Below, in pieces: positions 1-8,718 of a stretch of DNA of 64,000 nt. The notes under the pieces are model-generated. The model was not told the DNA's origin and did no database searches. It saw nothing but the letters and a program-made list of their open reading frames with translations. Each line of letters begins with the position of its first letter. Position 1 is the first letter of the stretch. The position numbers and the translations under genes were made by a program. The DNA is taken from the IMG/VR virus record IMGVR_UViG_3300024999_000029, positions 124,001-188,000 of that record; one strand, 5' to 3'.

Positions 1-22
1 CCTACATAAGCGTGACCGAACA

Positions 23-2089
23 ATGGTGTATAACCTTTATGATATAATAAATCCAGTATATACAGAAGTTTATGGAGGTATCAATACTCTAAATTTTAGT
101 ATTCCTTTTGTTTGTTCTGATTTTTTAACACACGAAACGATTGATAATCCAGTGGTTAGTCTAATTAAACCTTTTTATTTAGTAAAATATGATGGCGAAT
201 GGTTCATCATAGATAAGGTTGATAAGATATCAGATGATAAAAGTGTTCTTAATATAAGAACTTATTCTTTAGGATATGAACTAAAAAATAAAAACATTAG
301 AGCTTTTAAAACTGGCGTTGTTGGCAATCCAGTAAAAAACTTAACAGACACAATGAATTTATTATTAGTCAATACGAACTGGATAGTAGACCACGTAGAT
401 ACTTCTTTAGATTTACTATACAGAGCGATTGAGATATCTGATAAATCAGTATTAGATGCAATAATTAACGATGTATGTATTAAATGGGATTGTGTTCCTA
501 AATTTTCGACAGAAACTAGAAAGATATCATTTGTTGATTATAAAACCGATGGTGTCGATTTAGGATTATATATATCTGAAAATAAGTATCTGAAAAATAT
601 TCAGTTTGAGATGGAAGAAGATTCAATTTGTACTAAGCTTAAAGTTTTCGGGAAAAATAATATAAGTATAAATCAAGTGAATCCAAGTGGTCAAAATTAT
701 ATTAGTGATTTCAGTTATTTTAAGCAAGATGGGTATATGACTTCGGGTTTGAAAACTGCTCTCAATAATTATGAAACAGCCATAAGTAATAACCAAACAG
801 CGTTTCAGAATTATGTTTCTCAAAAAACAATTTTACAAACTCAACTTCTAGATAAAGAGCATGAATTAGATGTTTATAAAACAGATTCAACATTAGGACT
901 TAACGCAATACAACAAGCCAAAGATATTGCAATTAGTAATGGTCAAGATATAAACGCTACTCAAACTACAATTGAGAGTGGATTATTACAATCAGCTACT
1001 TCAAATACTGCTGTATTAAGCACTAATACATTGAGTGATAGAAATGATTATTATAATAATTGCAGTATAACCATTACTTCTGGAACTGGAGTAGGACAAA
1101 CTAAAACTATTACCGATTATGTGGCAAGTAGTAATACTATAACGGTAAATACTATTTGGGCTACAATACCTGACAATACTTCAATGTATAATATCACTAA
1201 TTCTTCTATTTTAGCTGAAGAAACTAGAAGGCAGAATATAGTTAACACAATTCAATCTGAAGTTGATTCACTTGAATCACAAATTGATGATATTAATGAT
1301 AATATTTTAATACTTAGAAATTCTATTGATATTTCAACCTATTTAACTTCCAATCAATTAAAGGAATTAAATGATTGGACTGTTGAAAAAGTTTATACAG
1401 ATAATAGTATTACAGAACAAGGGGATTCATTAGATGTTTTGCAGCAACTATTAACCGAAGCTCAAAAGCAATTATCATTACAAAATCAACCTAGATTTAA
1501 TGCTAGTATTGATTTGGTGGATTTTTGTCAGGCAGTAAATGTTGATATTTCTGAAAAAGATAGATTGAAAATTGGCAGTATAGTATTGGTTAGACATTCA
1601 AAATTGAATATAGATTTAGTTTGTAAGATTATAGAAATAGAACGTGATTATTTTAACTATAAGATTACAATAAAGATTGCTAATGAGAAAAGTATTAAGA
1701 ACGGGTTCACTCTCATAAAAGATATATTGAAAAATGTTTCTACCACCAGTGCTTTTTTATCATTAAATTCTGATTCTTGGTCTAATGGCGGTGCAGCTAA
1801 TGATTTAATATCAGATTATTTGAATAATAGTATGGATGCTACTAAGCACATGATAACTGCTGGAGTTAATAATGAAGTTCAAATTAACAACAGAGGTATA
1901 ACTATTATTGATCCTACTGAGCCTCAGTATGTACAGAGATTCGTATGTGGCTCTTGGGGTCTCAGCGAGGATTTTGGGAACTCATTCTCCGTTGGCGCTA
2001 GTAAGGGCGTCATCCACGGAGAAGTAGTTTCTGGAAAAATTTACCTAAAATCCAAGGGTAAATTTTCATCAATTAAATATAAAATATAA
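23..2089 (+). CDS. Phage minor tail (endopeptidase-like/baseplate hub) protein, N-terminal fragment of a split gene; frame is open to the left window edge
   Basis: 688-aa ORF with a typical Firmicutes prophage tail-protein architecture: N-terminal beta-rich region, central coiled coil, C-terminal NNEVQINNRGITI...GEVVSGKI. In-frame codons continue upstream of 23 (LHKRDRT). Confidence 0.75.
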   Translation: MVYNLYDIINPVYTEVYGGINTLNFSIPFVCSDFLTHETIDNPVVSLIKPFYLVKYDGEWFIIDKVDKISDDKSVLNIRTYSLGYELKNKNIRAFKTGVVGNPVKNLTDTMNLLLVNTNWIVDHVDTSLDLLYRAIEISDKSVLDAIINDVCIKWDCVPKFSTETRKISFVDYKTDGVDLGLYISENKYLKNIQFEMEEDSICTKLKVFGKNNISINQVNPSGQNYISDFSYFKQDGYMTSGLKTALNNYETAISNNQTAFQNYVSQKTILQTQLLDKEHELDVYKTDSTLGLNAIQQAKDIAISNGQDINATQTTIESGLLQSATSNTAVLSTNTLSDRNDYYNNCSITITSGTGVGQTKTITDYVASSNTITVNTIWATIPDNTSMYNITNSSILAEETRRQNIVNTIQSEVDSLESQIDDINDNILILRNSIDISTYLTSNQLKELNDWTVEKVYTDNSITEQGDSLDVLQQLLTEAQKQLSLQNQPRFNASIDLVDFCQAVNVDISEKDRLKIGSIVLVRHSKLNIDLVCKIIEIERDYFNYKITIKIANEKSIKNGFTLIKDILKNVSTTSAFLSLNSDSWSNGGAANDLISDYLNNSMDATKHMITAGVNNEVQINNRGITIIDPTEPQYVQRFVCGSWGLSEDFGNSFSVGASKGVIHGEVVSGKIYLKSKGKFSSIKYKI

Positions 2090-2106
2090 AATATAAAAAT
2101 TTTAAA

Positions 2107-2216
2107 GAGATAGATTGAGCGTAATTAACTCAATTGATAAGAGTGGGACTCCCTGTGCCTACTCTTCTTTTTATGTTTAAAAACAGGGTGAAAACACTAA
2201 CAGGGAGGAAATCTAA
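2107..2216 (+). promoter_or_regulatory. Structured 5' leader of the homing endonuclease gene (two hairpins; loop CTCCCTGT can pair with ACAGGGAG covering the SD)
   Basis: Stems attgag/ctcaat and aagagtggg/cctactctt. The loop sequence ctccctgt is complementary to acagggag at about 2200-2207, which overlaps the RBS. Confidence 0.5.
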
Positions 2217-3386
2217 ATGGGAAAATACTTTACATATACTGAAGTAAAAAACTTTATTGAAATAGAAAGCCAATCAAATTGTAAATTAATTAGTAAGGAA
2301 TATATAAAATCATCCAAAAAGATAATTATTGAATGTGCTTGTGGCGAACAATTTGAAACAACTTTAGATAGTTTTAAACGAGCAAATAAAAGACAATGTA
2401 ACAAATGTTCTAGATCGTTAATAAGTGAAAGATATAGATTAAAATATGATGATGTTAAAAACTATATTGAAATAGAAAGCAACTCTATGTGTAAATTATT
2501 GTCTGAAGAGTATATAAATTCTGGAAGACATTTAAAATTATTATGTAGGTGTGGGAATATATTTTCTAAAAGCCTAAGTAACTTTAAAAAGGGGCAATAT
2601 GTTTGTAATAAATGTAGTAAAAAAGAACAAATTAAAACATTCTTATACCCTTATGAAGATATAAGAAACTTCATAGAATTTTACAGTAATAGCGACTGTG
2701 TATTATTAACTGAAGAAAAAGATTACGTTAACACTAATAATAAAATAAAAATTAGATGTAAATGTGGGAATGTTTTTGAAACTAAATTCCAATCATTTTT
2801 ACATAAAACTAAACGCCAATGTAATGAATGTGGTGATATTTTAAGAGCAGATGGTTCAAGACTGCCATATGATTTCGTTAAAAACTTTATAGAAAATATA
2901 AAAGGATATAAATTATTATCAGATACATACATAAATTCTGGAACTAAATTAGAGGTTCAATGCGACAAAGGACACATATATGAAGTAATTTGGGAGGACA
3001 TTCAGAAAGGAAACAGATGCCCATTTTGTAAAGAAACCCGTGGCGAAAAAAGAATTGAAGAATATTTATCTTTAAATAATGTTCAGCTTAAAATAGAAAA
3101 AATATTTTTAGATTGTAGATATATTCAACCGTTACGTTTTGATTTTTATTTACCAGAACATAATGTTTTAATAGAATATCAGGGTAAACAACATTATTTT
3201 CCTGTTGATTTTGCAGGGAAAGGAGAAGAGTGGGCTAACGAACAGTTTAAAATAAACCAAATTAAAGATCAAATTAAGAGAGACTATTGTAATAACAATA
3301 ATATAAAATTGTTAGAAATACCGTATTGGGATTTTGATAATATAGAAGACATACTATCAAGCAACTTATTAAAGGAGGTGGGCTAG
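2217..3386 (+). CDS. Putative homing endonuclease: repeated Cys zinc-ribbon DNA-binding units plus C-terminal PD-(D/E)xK (Vsr/DUF559-like) nuclease
   Basis: Four CxCG..F......F......CxxC-type repeats; C-terminal LRFDFYLPEHNVLIEYQGKQHY motif; sits between two halves of a tail gene. Confidence 0.8.
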   Translation: MGKYFTYTEVKNFIEIESQSNCKLISKEYIKSSKKIIIECACGEQFETTLDSFKRANKRQCNKCSRSLISERYRLKYDDVKNYIEIESNSMCKLLSEEYINSGRHLKLLCRCGNIFSKSLSNFKKGQYVCNKCSKKEQIKTFLYPYEDIRNFIEFYSNSDCVLLTEEKDYVNTNNKIKIRCKCGNVFETKFQSFLHKTKRQCNECGDILRADGSRLPYDFVKNFIENIKGYKLLSDTYINSGTKLEVQCDKGHIYEVIWEDIQKGNRCPFCKETRGEKRIEEYLSLNNVQLKIEKIFLDCRYIQPLRFDFYLPEHNVLIEYQGKQHYFPVDFAGKGEEWANEQFKINQIKDQIKRDYCNNNNIKLLEIPYWDFDNIEDILSSNLLKEVG

Positions 3387-4946
3387 ATGAGCTTATATGT
3401 TTATAATTACACCAAAGACTTTGCCATTATCGGTGCAGATACAAGACTCTGCGGTTTAAAAGATAATTCATATTATAAAATTCATGATAATGCTTGTAAG
3501 ATTATTAGTAAACACAATAAAGTATTTACTTTTGGTGGAGATTATTTTGCTACAAATATTCTTATTGGCTTGATTAATAAAGCTGATTATGACTATGCTG
3601 AATTATATAATATCTGTAATCAGCTGGATAACGAGTATAATGTTGATAAAGATAATTATTTTATAGAGTTGTCATGGCTTGCTTATGAGAATAATAGTTA
3701 TGTCTTATATAATATTGCCACATACAATAAATATAAAATAATTAGAAGTATTCCAGAAGACAATTATATGTCTAATTTCTTTGGGGGCATTGAAACAGAA
3801 AAGGCAATTGATTATTATAATAAAAATATTAATAATTCAAACCTTATAGATTTATATAAGGATATATACAATTTTTGCTCAAATGAATATATAGGTGGAG
3901 ATTTAATATTATATGTACTCAGAGATGGCAAGTCTATTAAATCATATAAATATAGTATTTCAGAAAAATGTTACAAAATTGTTGGAAATTCAGGAAAATT
4001 CAATAAAATCGAAATGTACAATCCTACTACGAATTTACTTGATGTAGAAGTAGGTAACTATATTGGGCAGGACTCTACTAACAAACGAGGCATTCGGATT
4101 TCCAACGGATCCTTGGAAATTGTCGGAGGCTTACAATCCTCTCAACTTTCATCTGGCTTATCTACTAGCATTACTAATGCAGTGCAACTAGGTCAAGTGT
4201 ATAATAACTTGAAGTTCGATAGCGTAGATGGTATTACTGTAACAAGAAATGATAATAAATTCAAAGGAACATTTAATGCAACCGATTTAAAATTTGAAAC
4301 AAGTTCAGATAATGGAAGTACGTGGACGAAGAGATTTTACTATGATTCTACGGCTCAAAAACTTGTTATTAATGGGATAATAGATGCTCAAGATTTCAAA
4401 ATAAATGGAACAAGTATCTTGGGTGATAATAAAATTTTATCTAATTATATAGAAACCTTAGTGGTAGGTAGTAATGTAATTATGGGTGCAAATGCAACAA
4501 TATCGTGGTCGCAAGTGACAAGCAAACCAACTATTCCAACATTGCCAAATTATATTACATCAACAAAGATAACATCTACTACCATTGAAAGCCCTAGTAT
4601 TACAGGTGGAGTCATTACAGGTGGAATATTACAGACTGGAGCAACTGGAGCAAGGTTAGTTATAGGTGATAGTGACAACAATAATTCTTTAGACTTTATG
4701 AATGGAGATACTTCTTTGGGATGGATTTATTTAGATAGTTTGAATACAATGAACTACCATAATAATTATGATGTAAATTTCCATTCTGGTGGAAATATTG
4801 ATATACAAACAACACATCTATCTGATGGTACTGGTGGAGGGAATATTACAATATGGGCTACTGCTACAGGGAAAAAAGTAATTTTCAATGGAACGGTGGA
4901 TTTTTCAGGAGCCACCGTTCAGGGAGTTTATGCTAAATTTGCTTAA
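3387..4946 (+). CDS. Fusion protein: N-terminal proteasome-beta-like Ntn hydrolase domain (about aa 1-195) plus C-terminal fragment of the minor tail protein
   Basis: After Met removal the N-terminus reads S1...IIGAD17TR19, then CKII, FGGD, FFGG and NEYIGGDLILY, matching proteasome beta/HslV motif order. The C-terminal two-thirds are G/T/S-rich beta-stranded tail sequence (TKITSTTIESPSITGGVITGG). Confidence 0.7.
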   Translation: MSLYVYNYTKDFAIIGADTRLCGLKDNSYYKIHDNACKIISKHNKVFTFGGDYFATNILIGLINKADYDYAELYNICNQLDNEYNVDKDNYFIELSWLAYENNSYVLYNIATYNKYKIIRSIPEDNYMSNFFGGIETEKAIDYYNKNINNSNLIDLYKDIYNFCSNEYIGGDLILYVLRDGKSIKSYKYSISEKCYKIVGNSGKFNKIEMYNPTTNLLDVEVGNYIGQDSTNKRGIRISNGSLEIVGGLQSSQLSSGLSTSITNAVQLGQVYNNLKFDSVDGITVTRNDNKFKGTFNATDLKFETSSDNGSTWTKRFYYDSTAQKLVINGIIDAQDFKINGTSILGDNKILSNYIETLVVGSNVIMGANATISWSQVTSKPTIPTLPNYITSTKITSTTIESPSITGGVITGGILQTGATGARLVIGDSDNNNSLDFMNGDTSLGWIYLDSLNTMNYHNNYDVNFHSGGNIDIQTTHLSDGTGGGNITIWATATGKKVIFNGTVDFSGATVQGVYAKFA

Positions 4947-5560
4947 TTTTTATCTTTTAAACTTGGTATAAATATATTTTTAAAATATTTATATTCAAAA
5001 ACTAATTTTCTCTCAATTTTAATTAGTTGAGATTTATCGAATATTACTTCTTCGTTTGTTCCTTTGTAAAATAATCCTTCGCTAAATCTTGATGGATCTA
5101 CAGTTTGTTTATTGTATTTTGACACCCTCGCATATCTATTAATATCAATAGGTGTAATGTATGTTTTGTCTTCATATTCAATAAGCTCAAATGGATTTCC
5201 GTTGATTTCATACATTACATAAGTAACTTTTGGTAAATTGTTTTTATTGACGGATGGTGGGGTGTTGTATACATCACCACTGACAGTAGTATTGTCATTT
5301 GCACCCTGAGTTACAGAGGTAATCTCGATCTGACTATCTGTTTCATTAAATACAACTTTTAGTCCTGCTTTTTTAAAATCTGCAAGTTTTAAATAAGTAA
5401 ATCCATCAATATTATATCCACTAACCGCCGCTGTTTGTCCATTAATAAGTACAGGATATGGGTTTGATTTAATATTTAATTCATTAGCAGCAAATACTGC
5501 TCCAGAAAATAACATTGCTCCAGTCACTAATCCTAAGATAAATTGTTTATATTTCTTCAT
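4943..5560 (-). CDS. Secreted protein with copper-amine-oxidase-like N-terminal (stalk) domain; moron
   Basis: Signal peptide MKKYKQFILGLVTGAMLFSGAVFA; YPVLINGQ...YNIDGFTYLKLAD motif; opposite strand to the tail operon. Confidence 0.65.
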   Translation of the reverse strand: MKKYKQFILGLVTGAMLFSGAVFAANELNIKSNPYPVLINGQTAAVSGYNIDGFTYLKLADFKKAGLKVVFNETDSQIEITSVTQGANDNTTVSGDVYNTPPSVNKNNLPKVTYVMYEINGNPFELIEYEDKTYITPIDINRYARVSKYNKQTVDPSRFSEGLFYKGTNEEVIFDKSQLIKIERKLVFEYKYFKNIFIPSLKDKN

Positions 5561-5678
5561 TATAATTCCTCCAAAATTGTATGGTTATAGTTTAACCTAT
5601 TTCTAATTACATTATACTCTTTTTGGTGGAATTTGTAAACACATAAAACTAAAATATAATATGAAAGGAAGTGATAGT

Positions 5679-5819
5679 ATGGAAGAAAATAAAATAGATA
5701 AAAATGAATCAGTATATGACGCTCCTTATATGAGAGAATTTTTCAATAAAGTTTTTAAGTCTTTTGAGAAAGTTAAAGAATTAGAAGAAAGAATCACAGA
5801 ATTAGAAAAGAGGGGTTAA
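5679..5819 (+). CDS. Small hypothetical protein (46 aa, MEENKID...)
   Basis: Read by hand; SD gaaaggaagtga upstream; C-terminal coiled coil. Confidence 0.55.
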   Translation: MEENKIDKNESVYDAPYMREFFNKVFKSFEKVKELEERITELEKRG

Positions 5820-5998
5820 ATTCCCTCTTCTGATTTTCTTTTTTCGTATTCTTGAATCATATCGCAAAAAATTGAAACAGATTGTTTTGCAGATTCTTTT
5901 TGCGTATTTGCCATAATTTTATCAGAGTCTTGCCATCCTGTTTTAATTTGACTCAATGCTTTATTTTCCATGTCAGTTTTAAATTTTTTAAAATCCAT
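5816..5998 (-). CDS. Hypothetical protein (60 aa; start probably MDFKKFK)
   Basis: ORF track 5816..6046; SD aaaggagg precedes the ATG at 5998. Confidence 0.6.
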   Translation of the reverse strand: MDFKKFKTDMENKALSQIKTGWQDSDKIMANTQKESAKQSVSIFCDMIQEYEKRKSEEGI

Positions 5999-6099
5999 TG
6001 GTTCGCCTCCTTTTGTAAGATTAATCCCGATGGTTAATTGTACCACAATTTCAATAATAGGTAAATAAAAATATATAAAAAAGAAAGGATGATGATTTC

Positions 6100-6201
6100 A
6101 TGGAAGAAAATAAAATAAAGGTTGTCCAAAATGATGAACAACCCGAAGTAATATTTATAGAACAGCCTATTGAGATTACAAAACATAAGATTATTTTTTA
6201 A
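6100..6201 (+). CDS. Small hypothetical protein (33 aa, MEENKIK...)
   Basis: Read by hand; SD gaaaggatga; same first six residues as 5679..5819. Confidence 0.45.
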   Translation: MEENKIKVVQNDEQPEVIFIEQPIEITKHKIIF

Positions 6202-6317
6202 ATAACATAATGTGTATCAATAACTTTAGTTCACCATAACAAACTAAACCAAATAACTTGTATATATTGTTATAAAATGATATTATCGGAAAAACAACAT
6301 CAATAAGGAGGAAAAAT

Positions 6318-6536
6318 ATGAAATTATCACTAAATTTTGCAGATGGTACAAACTTTACTCAAGATTTAACTGAATTTCAAGAACTATTGAAAATTCAAGA
6401 ATCTGGTTCAAATGTGCTAGGGTATATTTTAGCGGGAAAAGAGAAGAATTCGACCATTACATTGAACGATACCAGTAATGGTAAGACAATTATCAAGAAA
6501 TATGATGACTTGAAATCTTTAGAAATTATGTTTTAG
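6318..6536 (+). CDS. Hypothetical moron protein (72 aa)
   Basis: SD aaggagga; own upstream promoter-like sequence; followed by a terminator. Confidence 0.65.
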   Translation: MKLSLNFADGTNFTQDLTEFQELLKIQESGSNVLGYILAGKEKNSTITLNDTSNGKTIIKKYDDLKSLEIMF

Positions 6537-6541
6537 AACTT

Positions 6542-6570
6542 AGACCTCTACTAAAAGGGGTCTTTTTTTT
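6542..6570 (+). terminator. Intrinsic terminator
   Basis: agacctct-actaaa-aggggtct followed by a T tract. Confidence 0.75.
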
Positions 6571-6616
6571 ATTTATTAATAATTTAAATATTTATTAATC
6601 ATATTAATATTTCCTC

Positions 6617-6710
6617 TTGACATATATTAGTTTTATTGATATTATCAATATAGAAAGAAATTTTATATTGATAATTTTTGTGATATAATCAAAATAAAAA
6701 TATTGATGAG
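6617..6710 (+). promoter_or_regulatory. Promoter/operator region of the XRE gene with TATTGATA/TATCAATA boxes
   Basis: ttgaca at 6617; palindrome tattgata-t-tatcaata at 6634-6650; further tattgat boxes at 6666 and 6701. Confidence 0.5.
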
Positions 6711-6718
6711 GAAACATT

Positions 6719-6940
6719 ATGCAAATTATTGTTAAAAATAAAATAGAAGAACAAGTTAAAAATTATCAGGCACGGACGGGAGCGACAAAAACTTGGATTG
6801 CAAAACAATTAAGCATGAGTAATCAAAATTTGCATAATGTTTTTCGTGCAATTAATCCTACTATTGAAACATTGATAAAGTTCTCATTATTATTAGAATG
6901 CGATGTGAAAGAATTATATACTTTCACATTGGAAAAATAA
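6719..6940 (+). CDS. XRE/Cro-like helix-turn-helix transcriptional regulator
   Basis: TKTWIAKQLSMSNQNLHNVF...PTIETLIKFSLLLECDVKEL is an HTH_XRE pattern. Confidence 0.8.
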   Translation: MQIIVKNKIEEQVKNYQARTGATKTWIAKQLSMSNQNLHNVFRAINPTIETLIKFSLLLECDVKELYTFTLEK

Positions 6941-7054
6941 TTAAAATAAATTTGTTTTATATCAATATTATATTGACAATTTGATAAAGCCATCATATAC
7001 TATGGATGCGAGGTAAATTTTACCTTACAAAAATAATGTATAGGAGGTCTTGTA

Positions 7055-7366
7055 ATGTCTAGAGAAATAAAAGAAATAAGCAATAATGAGTTTGAAAATG
7101 AATTTAAAAAGTTGAAGGGTAAATCTGTTTGTGTGGACATCTTAGGAGATGTAACTTTTTTAAAACTGATTGATAGTTTTGATATTCGACAATGTGGAGA
7201 TAAAATTACATTATGCGATTGTGAGGATGAAAGTAATATCAGTATTAAAAAATCTGCAATAGATTGTATTGTTCAAGATAAAAGAATATCCAACCTTAAA
7301 GATACACATATATTCCTGAAGAATGGATTAGAAATAAATCTACAGGGGGACGTTGAAAATGAATAA
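7055..7366 (+). CDS. Hypothetical protein
   Basis: SD aggagg; coupled to the antirepressor gene. Confidence 0.65.
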   Translation: MSREIKEISNNEFENEFKKLKGKSVCVDILGDVTFLKLIDSFDIRQCGDKITLCDCEDESNISIKKSAIDCIVQDKRISNLKDTHIFLKNGLEINLQGDVENE

Positions 7367-8165
7367 TTTAATAATAAAAGAAGTAAATTTTAACGGTGAT
7401 AATTTATTAGCAGTTAAAAACAACGATAATAAAATATATGTTGGCGTAAGTTATATTTGTAATGGTATAGGGTTATCTGAAGGACAAATGAAGAATGAAA
7501 GAAAGAAAATACAAGAAGACTTAGTTCTTTCTAAAGGGGGACGAAATTTGATCCTCCCTACAAATGGTGGCAATCAAGAAGTTTTAGGTATAGAATTAGA
7601 TTTTCTTCCATTATGGTTGGCTAAAATTTCTATCACTCCAAAGATGATAAAAGATAATCCAGCAGTGGTAAACAAACTTGTTGATTATCAGTTGAAAGCA
7701 AAAGATGTATTAGCAAATGCATTTATACATGGACAATATAACTTACCAACTACATACAAAGAAGCACTAATACAATTACTTACAGTGGTTGAGGAAAAAG
7801 AAAAGATAGAGGAACAAAATAAAGTACTTATTCCTAAAGCTGAAGGATATGATGATTTTCTGAGTGCTAAAAATGCTCAGACGATGAACGAGTGTGCCAA
7901 GGTGCTAAAAATTGGACGCAACAAATTATTCAAATTTTTGAGACAGAACGATGTATTAATGTCCAATAATTTACCATATCAAAGATTTTGTGATAGCAAG
8001 TATTTTACAGTTAGAGAAGTTCATTTTATCCGTGGAAATTATGAGTATAATGGATGCCAATGTTTGGTCGCTGCTAAAGGATTAGATTTCATACAGAAAT
8101 TGCTAAAAGAAAAAGGCTTCTGCGGAAACAGTTTAGCCCTCAATAAAAATAATGTAGCTATATAA
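7353..8165 (+). CDS. Phage antirepressor (P22_AR N-terminal domain plus KilAC/ANT C-terminal domain)
   Basis: N-terminal EVNFNGDNLLAV...LDFLPLWLAKI; C-terminal PKAEGYDDF...AKVLKIGRNKLFKFLR...PYQRF. Confidence 0.85.
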   Translation: MKMNNLIIKEVNFNGDNLLAVKNNDNKIYVGVSYICNGIGLSEGQMKNERKKIQEDLVLSKGGRNLILPTNGGNQEVLGIELDFLPLWLAKISITPKMIKDNPAVVNKLVDYQLKAKDVLANAFIHGQYNLPTTYKEALIQLLTVVEEKEKIEEQNKVLIPKAEGYDDFLSAKNAQTMNECAKVLKIGRNKLFKFLRQNDVLMSNNLPYQRFCDSKYFTVREVHFIRGNYEYNGCQCLVAAKGLDFIQKLLKEKGFCGNSLALNKNNVAI

Positions 8166-8283
8166 TAATATATATTACTTAAAATTACAACTATGACACA
8201 AATTTTTATAGAGGTAGAAGTTATTACTACCTCTTCCCAATAAAACTTTTATTTTGTATTGACAAATGTTTAAAAATAATGTA

Positions 8284-8311
8284 TTGACATTGTATTAACA
8301 AGTGATATACT
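8284..8311 (+). promoter_or_regulatory. SigA-type promoter (for the putative antitoxin RNA)
   Basis: TTGACA (8284-8289), 16-nt spacer, TG-n-TATACT (8306-8311). Confidence 0.65.
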
Positions 8312-8317
8312 TATTTC

Positions 8318-8403
8318 AGGTTAAGAAACGCAACAAAATAAAAAGACTAGGGGAAACCCTAGTCGGCAGGTTAAGAACGCTTGTGCAGGGCGTTCTTTAT
8401 CTT
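8318..8403 (+). ncRNA. Putative type I antitoxin sRNA
   Basis: Promoter upstream; hairpins gactaggg/ccctagtc and aagaacgc/gcgttctt plus T tract; overlaps the 3' end of a convergent hydrophobic peptide ORF. Confidence 0.6.
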
Positions 8404-8469
8404 TATGTACTTCTCTACTATACACTCAGCATAGTAGATGATACACAAGACAGTTATAATAACCGTCAT
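8371..8469 (-). CDS. Putative type I toxin, 32-aa membrane peptide MTVIITVLCIIYYAECIVEKYIKIKNALHKRS
   Basis: Translated by hand; SD agagaggt; hydrophobic N-terminus and basic tail; own terminator at 8335-8364. Confidence 0.65.
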   Translation of the reverse strand: MTVIITVLCIIYYAECIVEKYIKIKNALHKRS

Positions 8470-8718
8470 AATTATTACCTCTCTTTTCTCTTGTATTAGG
8501 CATGAAGCCCATCTCCAAAGACTTTCCCAATACATTTGAATTAAGATGCACTAGTACAACCTACTTTCATTATATTACAATATTTAAGATATTTTTACAA
8601 CAATTGTTTTGTAAGTTGTTTTAAAGGTAGTCGATAATCGACTAGGTTACTTATTTCTTAAAACCTCCCACAATCCTCCAAAATATGTTATAATGTGAGA
8701 AATGTTTAATGAGGAGGT

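Larger units (their letters stand above)
2040..3977 (+). mobile_element. Putative insertion element (homing endonuclease plus Ntn-hydrolase domain) interrupting the tail protein gene
   Basis: Tail-like sequence ends near GEVVSGKI (about 2041) and resumes near KIVGNSGKF (about 3975-4001). Boundaries are inferred from protein character only. Confidence 0.55.

Noticed and set aside
2040-3980. Group I/II intron or intein as the explanation for the split tail gene
   Set aside because: No recognisable intron core or RT, no non-coding space before the downstream exon, and no intein N-terminal Cys or C-terminal His-Asn; the upstream ORF has its own stop. RT-PCR would still be the definitive test.
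8302-8499. 65-aa plus-strand ORF in the ORF track
   Set aside because: Starts inside the -10 box, has no SD and runs through two hairpins; better explained as antitoxin RNA plus the opposite-strand toxin.
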